The notes beneath the pieces are model-generated. The model saw nothing but the letters and a program-made list of their open reading frames with translations. It made no database searches and was not told the origin of the DNA. A stretch of 61,596 nucleotides of DNA, filler included, from Stramenopiles sp. TOSAG23-2 (Eukaryota), in assembly GCA_900128395.1 (NCBI GenBank). It is 4 parts of 4 records of this genome, joined end to end, with 100 filler letters (N's around TTAATTAATTAA, not from the genome) between each part and the next. Parts side by side here need not be neighbours in the genome. Positions count along the whole stretch, not along the records: positions 30,878 to 46,193 come from LT649715.1; 3 more parts are not named here. One strand, written 5' to 3'. Below, in pieces: positions 32,059 through 43,089 of the stretch. The position numbers and the translations under genes were made by a program. Numbering within the stretch: position 1 is the first letter of the stretch; each line of letters starts with the position of its first letter.

Positions 32059-32952
32059 GATGATGATGCTACAATGTTTAGAGTATCATCATTACATGCA
32101 AAATATGTTAATAATATTGATAGTAATAATACATTTAAAATAGAAACAAAGAATAAGAATGTAAACCAAAATAATAATGCCGAGAAAATAGTAGCGAAGG
32201 ATTCTGTTACACTATCGTTTGATGATACAAGCGAAGGTAGAAGAAGCTATAGTTCATCTATATCTGAAAATAGTAGTAGACCAAGGGGAACTTCCATATT
32301 TGGTGATTTGAATGATTTTCTTCATGATGATAATATTATGATGGGTGTTACCCCACGCAGTAATAATAATCTTAGTAATGATGATGATAAATATTGCAAT
32401 GCAAACAGTACTGTATATAATAATATGCATAATAATAATAATAATAATAATAACGATTACAATGACGATCATGAGAAGAATCCGGCAAAAAGGGATAGTA
32501 TTAAAAAAAGAAATTCAAGATCATCTATTGAAAAAATATTGAATAGCAGAAAAGGTTCCTATTTTTCAGTAGACAATACAAATGATGATGTTATTAATAA
32601 TTTTAGTGATGTGTATAATGTCAAGAATGCAAATATCAACCGCATATCGTCATTACCATCGTCAGATAGAATTTCTCCAGCATTGAGTATGAATGGAAAA
32701 TCAATAAGAAAACAACAATTGAGTGAAAGTGAATTAAATGCTGCTTCAATGCTGGGATATGGACCGACAAAAGTTGAAAGTGATCTAGCTAAGCGACTTG
32801 CAAAATTGTCTGGACATAGCGATTTGACACCAAATGATTTAGCATTGGCATTAGCACGTTCTGTAAATAATGGTATAACCGCGAGTAATGTTGGTCGCAC
32901 TAGAAATAATATGAATATTTATGATGATAGTAATACCGACGATGATTTTTAG
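31753..32952 (+). CDS. Hypothetical Asn-rich protein with an N-terminal coiled coil (399 aa)
   Basis: Long ORF with poly-N tracts and a coiled-coil segment KKMYDLERKERILEMETNMALRRENIDLRTEIEGLR. Confidence 0.7.
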
Positions 32953-33553
32953 TGTTAAAATGTAATGAATAAATGTAGTGTGATATTTTATTTTTTATAC
33001 TTAGTATTTTTTATTAATATTATCATAATGATATGTACACCGTTCGTCGTACAAAAATGACGCACGGCACAAAATTGAGTTTTTTACTCCCTCAGATACC
33101 TGTACACGTGCTTTTGTACGACGAAGTTTTAAAAATATATATGTGTATACGTGTATATATATAAAATAATAATAAAGTACCCGTATTTCAATATTTTTTA
33201 TACACTCGTATTTCTACCCTCCAGTGATGACAATTCCTACGACCTCTCAAAAGAATAATAGCGTGTTTTGAGCCAATATTAATATCTATCTCAACAAAAT
33301 GTCAACTCCCGTAACAGGAATTACCGATGAGGTAAATAGATGTTATCAACCTTCTGGTTATGAAAAATATGAAAATGGCGGGGAATAAATTGTACCAGGG
33401 TATAATTCATTGTATTTCTCGCCAAATACACATTTTAATGCATAAAGATTAGTATAGGCGCACGTCTTAACTAACCACTGCTTGAATGTCTCGAAATGTG
33501 GTTTACGTATAAAATATATTTTTTTTTTCGAAAAAATTTACAATTTCAAAAGA

Positions 33554-33799
33554 CTACTTTCCTCTTCCAATTTCTACTGAGAGCTTTTTGCTTTCCTTTC
33601 TTAATTTTTTACTTTCTTTTCTAGCTTTCTTTTCTGCTAATTGTTTTTTTCTAAGCGCTCTACCTTTCTCAGTGAAAAATTCTCGGTGAATACAGAACAA
33701 CCAAGGAGTAACGAAGGCCAAGCAGAAAATAACAATCAACATAACTATTGATGTATCCAATTCTACCACCTCCTCATCTTCTTGCAATAAAAACCACAT
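33554..33799 (-). CDS. Small single-pass membrane protein (81 aa)
   Basis: ATG start, acidic N-terminus, one TM segment (IVMLIVIFCLAFVTPWLFCI) and a basic tail. Confidence 0.5.
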   Translation of the reverse strand: MWFLLQEDEEVVELDTSIVMLIVIFCLAFVTPWLFCIHREFFTEKGRALRKKQLAEKKARKESKKLRKESKKLSVEIGRGK

Positions 33800-34705
33800 A
33801 TTGCTAAATCAAAAGATGTAAAATTATTTGTCTATTTCTATTTACAGATGTATATGCAAATACACATGCAGACACAATTTATTGATACTTTTAATCAACG
33901 TTAATAATAATTACAAATGCAATTCTTGCCTAGTTCGTGAGATAGTCTTGTAATGGCAGAGTATATATAAGTCTGTGTGTTGTACGTCAAATTATAACTA
34001 ACAATAGTTTAATAACAATAATAGTAGTATATAGTATATGATAAAATAACAACTACTGTATGTGGCAATAGATTGCTTATGCTAGACTGATAATAATAAT
34101 ATTAAAATATAAATAACGTAAAAAATGGCTATATTATGTGGGATTATACTAAATGGATGTTTTAATAGTATTATTATATAATATTATAGGTTTTAATTGG
34201 TGCACCAGCTGGCCAGCCTGGCGCACCAAAAGACCAAAAGCAACAAGGCACCAAACTGTAAAAAAAAAAGGCTGTGACTGTGACCAAAACAAATATTTTA
34301 CCTGCATTTAATAATTACAAAAGAGGAGCTAATGCTATATTCCTATTATAAAACTAGCATTTTTTTGAACTTTTTTTTTGAACTGGTTCGGTTTTTTTTT
34401 CAGATGGCCATGGTGCAACTTTACAACTGCAAATGTGCAAATCTTAAATTATATATGGCAATAATATAACGTGTGTATAATCAATTTTTATTGTATTATA
34501 AAATATATTATTATAACATCATTATAAAATTTAGTGTGTGTGTGTGTGTGTGTAAATATATATATATATATTTATATTTATTATAGATTTGTGTGTGCGT
34601 GCGTGTGTTTCTGTTTGCGCGTGTCTGTATACTTTTTATTACTGAGAAATAAAAAATTATAAAAACGAATATTTAACGAATTATAGGGAGATTATTTATA
34701 GTATC

Positions 34706-37699
34706 ATGGATATTTCTACGTCGAAAACAACAGTCAAGCCTGTTAAAGAAGATGTAGTAAGACCAGCAGAGTTGAGAGAAAAAGTGGTAGAGATGGGTAG
34801 TAGAACGGGAAATGATGATAACGTTCCGGAACAGTTCAATGTGGATGAGGCACGAGTTCTTTTCGAACCCGATGGTGATAATAATATGGATGATATTGTA
34901 AATTTGCCTACTTTGAAAAAACAAAGTGTCAACGAACTCCTTCCTAAAACTAACTCTTCACAAGAGTTAAAAGACCATAGACATAAAACCAGAGAAAATT
35001 TAAAAATCGAACGCCGGAAATCGCATTATGGAAGAACCTTTAAGCAAAGGCAAGAAATTCTTGAAAAAAGAAGAAGAGCATCGCATAAGGGGGTTACAAA
35101 AAAAGACCTTTTATTAAGCTTTACACATAAAAAAGCACATGGTTCGAGAAATGTTGGTGGGCACCCACCACATGATAAGGAAGCGTATGATTCCATTGAA
35201 GCAATTGATTATTCTACCCCAGATACAGTCCAAGAAACAGATTTTTTAAAATCACAGGATCATGATAGTAGAAAATGGCGTGGCTGTTTCCTTTGGACTT
35301 TATATTTTTTTTTCGGAGTCATCATTTCAGTAGTTATAACGTATACCTTGCTATTATGTGATATCATTTTAAATGGGCGCGTTTATTTAACTACTGAGAG
35401 TTTAAATACTGGTGCCATTGGAAGTGCATGGTGCGCATGGGTTGGAACTAGTTTAGCGCTTTGCTTGGGTGCTGCATTTTGCGTTCTTGTTGAACCAGCT
35501 GCTGCATCATCTGGCATACCAGGATTATTAGCATATTTAAATGGCGTCACACCGAAAGCTGGGAAATCATTTATTACTGGGAAGGATACGGATTTCCTAT
35601 CATATCAAACAATGTTTTCAAAATTAGTCGGCATGATTTTTTCCATTCCATCTGGTTTATGCATTGGCCCGGAAGGTCCTATTATCCACATTTCGGCATT
35701 GCTGGCACGTTGGATAGGGAAAATAATGCACGAGATCGAACATAAATTATTCCCTGATTATGCGTTTAGAACGAAGAAATCAGAAGCACGAGATTTTCTA
35801 GCAACTGGAGGTGGATGTGGTATAGCAGCTGCATTTCGAGCTCCGTTATCTGGTGTTTTATTTGTTGTAGAAGAAGCCTCTTCACACTTTAAAGTTAAAC
35901 ATCTAGAGCAGACATTTTGGGCGTGCATTATGTGCTACTTTGTTGGTTACACAATATACCAACCTGAGGAAGGATTTTCAAAATTTGCATTGCCTCAAGG
36001 AAAATTTTGTTTCCAATACGATTCTGTTATGGTGCTCTTTTTCGCTATCATTGCTGTTCTTGGAGGTATAATTGGTGCGTTCTTTAATCAAGTTGTTGAG
36101 GAATTGAATCATTGGCGTGTTGAGAATATCAACAAATCCGCTTGGAGAAGGGTTGCAGAAGTTGCTTTTATTTGCCTGCTTACAGGATCATGCGCCGTGC
36201 TTCTACCAGCTGCATGGCCGTGCAGAGAAATGACTCCTGCATTAATGACAGTGGATAGCACTGGTTGCCATAAAGATGCAGACACCCGTCAATTGTTCAA
36301 AGGGACAATCAAATATGAAGCTATGGAATCTATGTATGGCGAACAGAATATCAGTGCTTTGCCAGCAGCAAATCAACGCATGTTGCTAAATGCGCGGAAA
36401 TACCGTGTACCAAAGCAATACCGCGCTGCTGGGAAAACAAAAGATATGTATGACGATATCTACATATCAAAAGAGGCAAAAAATATCAAGGTTTATTATG
36501 CTCATAAATATACATGCAAAGGTAAATACGAATACAATGAAATGGCTGGTTTGTGGCTAAATGGTGGTGTTAAATCAGCGAAAAAACTGATGGAACGAGG
36601 GTTTCCAACTGCATTAAGTTGGCATACGTTATTGGTATTTTTTATTGTATACTTCATTTTAGCTGCACTTACTGCTGGAATTAGCGTCCCGGCTGGATTG
36701 GTTATCCCAATGATGTTGATGGGTGGTTCATTTGGTCGTTTGGTCGGGCTAGTTGCCATGGAATGGAGACGCAACAATTGCCCAGGTTATGAAAATTTAG
36801 ATCATGATTTGGCATCTTCCAATATGTATTATTGGACTGGTTCATATCGCTGGACTTTGTACGACTGTACCATGCCAGATCCAGGTACGTATGCCATTAT
36901 TGGCATGGCGGCAATTATGGGTGGTTCTGGTAGAATTACAATGATGCTTGCTGCTGTATTGCTAGAATTGACAGCAGATCCTTTACTTATTGCACCTATT
37001 GGTGGCACGTGTATTGTTGCTATGTTGGTCGGTAATAGCTTTAACCATGGTCTGTACCACGGTTTAATTCCTGTTTTTAACTTGCCATATTTAAATATGG
37101 AACCATCAAGTTTAATGTGGATTTCAAAAGTAGAGGAGGTTATGACTTATCATCCAATTTCTATTAAAAAGATAGTATCTTTAAAAACATTAGAAAAATT
37201 TATTATCGCTTTACAAAGTGGTGTTATCAAACATAATGCATTTCCAGTTGTTTCTCAATTAAAAGATGGTGGGCCACACGATTTGAAATTGCAAGGGCTG
37301 ATCACGAGACAACAATTATATGAAGCGTATGAAACTGCACAATACGAAGCTGTAATGGGATTCATGAATCTATACAATTACATGGAGCGATCACCATTAA
37401 CTGTATACCCACATACACGTTTAGGTCGCGCGTATGAGGTCTTTCAAAAGCTTGGTCTACGCCACATGCCAGTAATCAAAACAAATGGTTGTATTGTTGG
37501 TATTTTGACGCGAAAAAATTTACAAACGTATTTACTCCATAAAAATGCATCATTAGCTAGAATACAAGCAGTTTTTCGCGGTAAATTAGCAAGAATTAGA
37601 CGTAGATTGGCATTGGAAAAATTACATGCTAAAAAAACTTTTCGGTTAGATAGTACCAGTAGTAACGACAAAACAGATAACAGTAAAAAAAATGAGTAA
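34706..37699 (+). CDS. CLC-family chloride/proton antiporter (CLC-6/7-like) with two CBS domains and a C-terminal IQ motif
   Basis: SSGIP, GPEGPIIH (gating Glu), AAAFRAPLSGVLFVVEE (proton Glu), PAGLVIP, GLYH, CBS motifs HNAFPVV and GLRHMPVI, and IQAVFRGKLAR are present. Confidence 0.93.
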   Translation: MDISTSKTTVKPVKEDVVRPAELREKVVEMGSRTGNDDNVPEQFNVDEARVLFEPDGDNNMDDIVNLPTLKKQSVNELLPKTNSSQELKDHRHKTRENLKIERRKSHYGRTFKQRQEILEKRRRASHKGVTKKDLLLSFTHKKAHGSRNVGGHPPHDKEAYDSIEAIDYSTPDTVQETDFLKSQDHDSRKWRGCFLWTLYFFFGVIISVVITYTLLLCDIILNGRVYLTTESLNTGAIGSAWCAWVGTSLALCLGAAFCVLVEPAAASSGIPGLLAYLNGVTPKAGKSFITGKDTDFLSYQTMFSKLVGMIFSIPSGLCIGPEGPIIHISALLARWIGKIMHEIEHKLFPDYAFRTKKSEARDFLATGGGCGIAAAFRAPLSGVLFVVEEASSHFKVKHLEQTFWACIMCYFVGYTIYQPEEGFSKFALPQGKFCFQYDSVMVLFFAIIAVLGGIIGAFFNQVVEELNHWRVENINKSAWRRVAEVAFICLLTGSCAVLLPAAWPCREMTPALMTVDSTGCHKDADTRQLFKGTIKYEAMESMYGEQNISALPAANQRMLLNARKYRVPKQYRAAGKTKDMYDDIYISKEAKNIKVYYAHKYTCKGKYEYNEMAGLWLNGGVKSAKKLMERGFPTALSWHTLLVFFIVYFILAALTAGISVPAGLVIPMMLMGGSFGRLVGLVAMEWRRNNCPGYENLDHDLASSNMYYWTGSYRWTLYDCTMPDPGTYAIIGMAAIMGGSGRITMMLAAVLLELTADPLLIAPIGGTCIVAMLVGNSFNHGLYHGLIPVFNLPYLNMEPSSLMWISKVEEVMTYHPISIKKIVSLKTLEKFIIALQSGVIKHNAFPVVSQLKDGGPHDLKLQGLITRQQLYEAYETAQYEAVMGFMNLYNYMERSPLTVYPHTRLGRAYEVFQKLGLRHMPVIKTNGCIVGILTRKNLQTYLLHKNASLARIQAVFRGKLARIRRRLALEKLHAKKTFRLDSTSSNDKTDNSKKNE

Positions 37700-38447
37700 G
37701 CTATAATAAATTAATTAACATAAAGTTTAGAGTTTCAGAGATCCCAGAGATATGTGCATAATACTATGAATACATATTTATAAATTTGTTATTCAATTTT
37801 TCGGATATGATACCTTTATACTAATACTACTGGTATATTCTGTATTCTGTATTGCAGTGCTATTCCAGTATTCTGTTTCTACATATAGGCAATCTGTCAT
37901 CTACTTACACTATTAAAATATTATACTAAGCCATTTAAATTATACTCAACTAGCACACTTACGCTTTTGCAAAAATACAATGGCACACAATAGCAAAATA
38001 TACACAATATCTAGGTCCTATAGACTTTTCATAAAATGTTAAATGTGTGTGGTGTTGTTACCTGGTACAGTAGCTACAGGTACAGTACCTGAGGCCTGTG
38101 GCCTGTGAGGCCTGAGCGATAACTAGAGCTACTAACTTATATTTATATATTTTTCTTCTAGTAATAAATATGCGGTATGTGCGTATGCACATATATAATA
38201 ATAATATATCATATATATATATTTTTCTTCTTTATTATAATGTTATTTAGAATTATAGAACTTAAATTAGAATATCTTCTTCTATTTCATCTATTATAAA
38301 ACAAATAAGTACATTCCAATACATGAAATAGAATACATATACATATATATAAATATATAAAATACATACATAGATATTTCCAACAAATAGCAGTGTTCAT
38401 ATCATCATTTATTATACATATAAATATATTATTAATAAATAAATAAT

Positions 38448-40115
38448 ATGACGTCCTTAACACCGCATGGAAAAGCTAGGACAAAAAGTGCATTGCAAAG
38501 TTTTGCACATGAAGGTGGACACGCATTTGCTGAACCATCCCCAAAAGAAGTTGAAAAACAAAGTAATGGTAGGCGTGCAAGCATAAAGGCACTTGCCAAA
38601 GGTGCGAGTAGCATGATGAAGAATGCGCGTAAATCAATTGCTATTTTAAAAAATAGTGTAACCAAAAAAAAGGAAGAACCACTCGTACAATCGGAATTAT
38701 GCTCGTTGGTACGGGATATAGAGATCGGCGACGAGGCGGGGGATATGGTTTTACACGGTATTTCACGAGTATTTCTTATGGACTCTCAATCGTATCTTGA
38801 TATATCATTTGATCGCAATTCCCTTGTTGGGGAGTTTAACGACGTAATATCGAAACATTTAAATATTACACACAACGGTGTATGTGGCATGGTACAATAC
38901 TGCTTTGGTAACTATTTGCCATTAAATGATGATGATCACGTCATTGAAATCATGGGTTTATGGGATTCCAAAAGCGAAATGGATGGCTCTTGTCGTTTAT
39001 GTTTTATTCAAGAATATTATTTGCCTGGTGGACCGTTTGATGTCAACAGCCTTGATGCTGCAAACGATGATAAAACAGAAGGTATCTCGGCCCATAAAAT
39101 ACGCTACTTAGAATGTTGCCATAGGTTACGTACTGGAATGTATTCCTTATCTGTTAAACGTGCTATTAAGGTTGCAGCTATGCAAATATTAGCAAAACGT
39201 TTTGAAGACCATACTCATTTCCCACAAATGGACGAGTTGGTATCACCAGCAATTGTAGAACGTTTTGGCTTGCGTGATGTTGAAAACGACGTGAAAACGG
39301 AAATAGAAGAATTAAAAGGTGTATACCCAGATGCAATTTCATATGAACATCATGTACTTGAAGTGGTTTCAAATGCAATTCCATATTACGGAAGTAGTTT
39401 TTTCCCAGTCAAAGTTATGGTTCAAGATGTCAATCAAAATGGCTCCAGGTCAAGGCCTACAGAGCAAATTTGCGCGGTAGGAAACGATGGAATACATTTA
39501 TTAAGTGGTTGGAACTTAACTGTTGATGAATATTTCCCATATTCAAATATTCATCGTTGGACAACAGCAACAGATCCAGATTTATTTGCATTTGTTGATG
39601 AAGAGAGTATTCATTTCCTAGTATATGAATATCCGAAAGCAATAGAAAGACGTGTAACGGCATCAATTGAAGGATTGATGCAATTTCACGAAGGCAATGA
39701 TAATTTCAATGCAACACACGATTATGAAGCAGTTATGACAGCTAAATCCAAATTTCTTGCTATGGATAATTTATCGTTCTCTGAATGTGCAAGAGTAGAA
39801 GTTGAAGGTGCAAATTTAAAATCATTATATGGCGATTCTGCACATAACCTTATTGGTAAAGATTCTAAGATCGTTGATATAAAACGCAACAGAGGCAATG
39901 GTGGCCGTCGATCAAGTTTAGCAATGACTAGTCTTGTATCAGCAGGTGCAACAGTAGACGACGCAACGTCCAACGAGTTGAAAAGTGTTGAATTTGCCGG
40001 ATTTGGAGATAAGGGTGATAATAGTAAAGAATTGACGAAACAACAACGACGCATGTCGGCCATAAGAGCACTGAATGCTAAAAAACAGGCATCAAGGAAT
40101 AAAAGTAAACAATAG
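38448..40115 (+). CDS. FERM domain-containing protein (555 aa)
   Basis: It shows a ubiquitin-like F1 (RVFLMD), a helical F2 (YLECCHRLRTGMY..AIKVAAMQ), the linker PYYGSSFFPVK and a PH-like F3 (AVGNDGIHLL..FPYSNIHRW). Confidence 0.8.
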   Translation: MTSLTPHGKARTKSALQSFAHEGGHAFAEPSPKEVEKQSNGRRASIKALAKGASSMMKNARKSIAILKNSVTKKKEEPLVQSELCSLVRDIEIGDEAGDMVLHGISRVFLMDSQSYLDISFDRNSLVGEFNDVISKHLNITHNGVCGMVQYCFGNYLPLNDDDHVIEIMGLWDSKSEMDGSCRLCFIQEYYLPGGPFDVNSLDAANDDKTEGISAHKIRYLECCHRLRTGMYSLSVKRAIKVAAMQILAKRFEDHTHFPQMDELVSPAIVERFGLRDVENDVKTEIEELKGVYPDAISYEHHVLEVVSNAIPYYGSSFFPVKVMVQDVNQNGSRSRPTEQICAVGNDGIHLLSGWNLTVDEYFPYSNIHRWTTATDPDLFAFVDEESIHFLVYEYPKAIERRVTASIEGLMQFHEGNDNFNATHDYEAVMTAKSKFLAMDNLSFSECARVEVEGANLKSLYGDSAHNLIGKDSKIVDIKRNRGNGGRRSSLAMTSLVSAGATVDDATSNELKSVEFAGFGDKGDNSKELTKQQRRMSAIRALNAKKQASRNKSKQ

Positions 40116-40474
40116 CGTGGTGTGTAGAGTGAACAATATTATGATTAAAAGCACATTTTTGTGATACATTTAAAAAAAGATCAATATAATTAGATTGAGT
40201 ATTTGAGCATAATATTCTTTAGGAGATACTCGTATATTATTAATTATACGTACGTATGATATGCATATATTACTTAACACGGGAAGTGTAAAATTATTAA
40301 TAGAACTCTTAGATTTTTTAAACAATCATTAATGATACGAACGACTTTGTATGGCTCAAATCGACAAAGATTTCCCCCATGCCAACATCAATATCTCAGC
40401 CAATTTTTAAGAACTTCTAATAAAATTAAATGTACGCGTATTTTAATTTTTTATTCCTACTCATGACAATATTG

Positions 40475-40506
<32 letters not shown>

Positions 40507-40530
40507 ACACCTCTTATGTACTAACACAAA

Positions 40531-41712
40531 TTAAGCATTATCGTCGTCATCAAACCGATATACATCAACTTTAAATTTCCTAAATGAATTTGATTTTTTA
40601 AAATCATCAAATGATGCATCAAGTCGCTCGAGAATCTGTTTCAAAGCAGTATCAAACATGCTTCTAGAAATCTTATTTTCTTCTATTTTTTTCGAAATTA
40701 TTTCTATTTCCTCATCTTTGATTCCAGTATTTTTTCCTTTAATAAATTTCTTAAATATAACAGGCGCTCGTGAGACTAATGTATTATGCGAAGATGTATC
40801 TTTAAACTTTTCCACTGAGGTCCATAAGTTGACACAATGAGCTAGTGATGGTTGTTTCTCTTTTAAGTACGTTGTAAGATAATTTTGATATTTTGCTTGA
40901 TTCAAGAATTCCAACATGTTCAATGTATTTTTGATTTTTTCATATTTTAATTGCCATATTTTCCTTTCCTCTTTTTTCGATTCTTCGCTTTGAACAAATC
41001 CGGCAAGAGTATACCATTCCTCAAGTGAGTGATACAATATATTTCTCTCTTCAATACAAACTGGTGAATCAAAGAAGAATGTCAAAAAATTCTTATCTTT
41101 TAGAAATTCACACATATGTTTGATTTTATCACGATTTTTTTGTGTCATATGGCGTGTTAAAATAGCATCGGCGAGAGTGGCTACTTTGCTTAAAGCTACC
41201 TGGACCTTGTAAATCAAATTTTCTTCCGGTATGTCTTTCGAATCGATGCTTTTTCCAGCTTTTCCATTTATTGAACGGCGCACAGCAACAGTCCTATTTT
41301 CACTTGATGTCATACTGAGACGGCGATTTGCAGAGTGACTTTTTGTACCACCTCTAGCAATATGTTTCATTTCTTCCACTTGTTTTAATTGTTCAGCTGA
41401 TGACACTTCCATTGTACCTTGCATCATGAGTTCGAAAAGCCTTGCAGAAGGCTTTTCCATACGATTTCGAGTTTTCGTTTCGTCGAGTAAATTATCATTG
41501 TAGATCATCCCAACTTTCATAATTAATTTAAGCATATCTGCTCTCATTGTCTTCGATGTCTCCTCACTATCAAAACTAGCAACAACTCGTAATAAAGCAT
41601 CCAAAGCAGCGTGACCATGCTCACCAAGCAAACCAGTTATCAAATTTTGCACAGATTTGGTCTTGCTTAAATTGGACGCTATTTTTTTTTTAGTTCTAAC
41701 AAACATCGACAT
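40531..41712 (-). CDS. TNFAIP8/TIPE (DUF758) domain fused to a C-terminal RGS domain (393 aa)
   Basis: The TIPE-like part reads KKKIASNLS..LDALLRVV..DMLKLIMKVGMIYNDNLL..ILTRHMTQKNRDKI..FL..KNFL. The RGS-like part reads YLTTYLKEK..CVNLWTSVEKFK..RAPVIFKKFI..MFDTALKQILERL..FDDFKKSNSF. Confidence 0.75.
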   Translation of the reverse strand: MSMFVRTKKKIASNLSKTKSVQNLITGLLGEHGHAALDALLRVVASFDSEETSKTMRADMLKLIMKVGMIYNDNLLDETKTRNRMEKPSARLFELMMQGTMEVSSAEQLKQVEEMKHIARGGTKSHSANRRLSMTSSENRTVAVRRSINGKAGKSIDSKDIPEENLIYKVQVALSKVATLADAILTRHMTQKNRDKIKHMCEFLKDKNFLTFFFDSPVCIEERNILYHSLEEWYTLAGFVQSEESKKEERKIWQLKYEKIKNTLNMLEFLNQAKYQNYLTTYLKEKQPSLAHCVNLWTSVEKFKDTSSHNTLVSRAPVIFKKFIKGKNTGIKDEEIEIISKKIEENKISRSMFDTALKQILERLDASFDDFKKSNSFRKFKVDVYRFDDDDNA

Positions 41713-43089
41713 CTTCTAATCAATTTCGCTCCTTGCGAGTTTTAATGATATAAATATTTTCAATGATAAAAGACGTTGGTTATTCTTCGGATATTTATTA
41801 TACATCAATATTGTTGTTAGTCAAACCAATTCTATGTTAATAGGTACTAACTACTATTTATATTAGTAAAAATGCCACAGAATAATCCTCGGCGGAAGAA
41901 TATTTGTGCATTTCGGCTTTGTGATTTGTGTTATTCCGAATCAGTTTTAGATGTATAGTTTTATATAGGTAATTACGTTACTCGTAGAATACGGAAGAAA
42001 TGCGTCTTTCATTATAAGAAAAACCTTTGCACGATTTGTTTTTTTGTGTTTTTTTTCAACAATAAGCACATAACAAAACTTTTGGAAGGAAAGCGACATA
42101 TAGCTAATTACCAGTACTGGCAGATCTACTACGCACAGTATATTAGCTATATATCCCTTCAAAAAACCCAAATCTATAAACATACCAAAGGTAACAATGA
42201 AACGTACTAGAAATACCAACCAAGGCGCAGATACGTCACCACACCTTAGTAAAAATCCAAAGGCATATTGCACATTTTTCGAATACATATGCACAAGTAG
42301 AAAGTCACAGTGAGGCTGAATTTTATAAACGCCGTTCGGAACGCATTCATGTTGTAGAAGGCACTTTGTCCCGGCATGTTAGAAGGTCTTTATATACAGA
42401 TGTACCTACTGAAATATGTGTCTGGGAAAGCATAAATGACGAGCCTAAGGTAGAAAGCAATACAAATGAAATGGCATTTTACTTATCAAATGAATATATA
42501 GCCATGAAACGAAGTGACAGTAGTCTGTATGATTGTTTTAGCAACAACTTCAGCAATTCTTTAAATGACGGAACTTCAATGTCTTTAACAAATTCTCGTA
42601 ATAGCTTCAGAAAATGGCATTAAAAAGAGTGGTAAAAATGAAACGTATACAAATAGAAGTAATTATAATATTGTAGGATTACGTAAGGTAACACAATCGT
42701 CAAAAAAAGTTTTTTCTTGTTTTTATTTTTTATTACAAAAATTAATTTTTTTTTCTTTTTCTTTTAAATTCTCTTATTTATATGTGAATGTGTGTATATC
42801 TATCATAGACTATTTGACATTATGAGATTAGAATTATAAACTGAAATGGTTAAAATCTACTTGTAAAGTCATTACGACGTACGAGTAATAATTTTAATAT
42901 TACCGTCGGTAAATAAATATTTATTCGTATAATGCTAAATACTTCATAAAAATTATTTTAATTCTTTTCTACCGAGCGTTCGTAAATTTTAAATCTCTCT
43001 CAAAATAATTAATAAAAATACGTACATGACATATATAAAACTTACACACACACATGGACAAAATCAAATTGTCTTTCAAAGATTTTATC

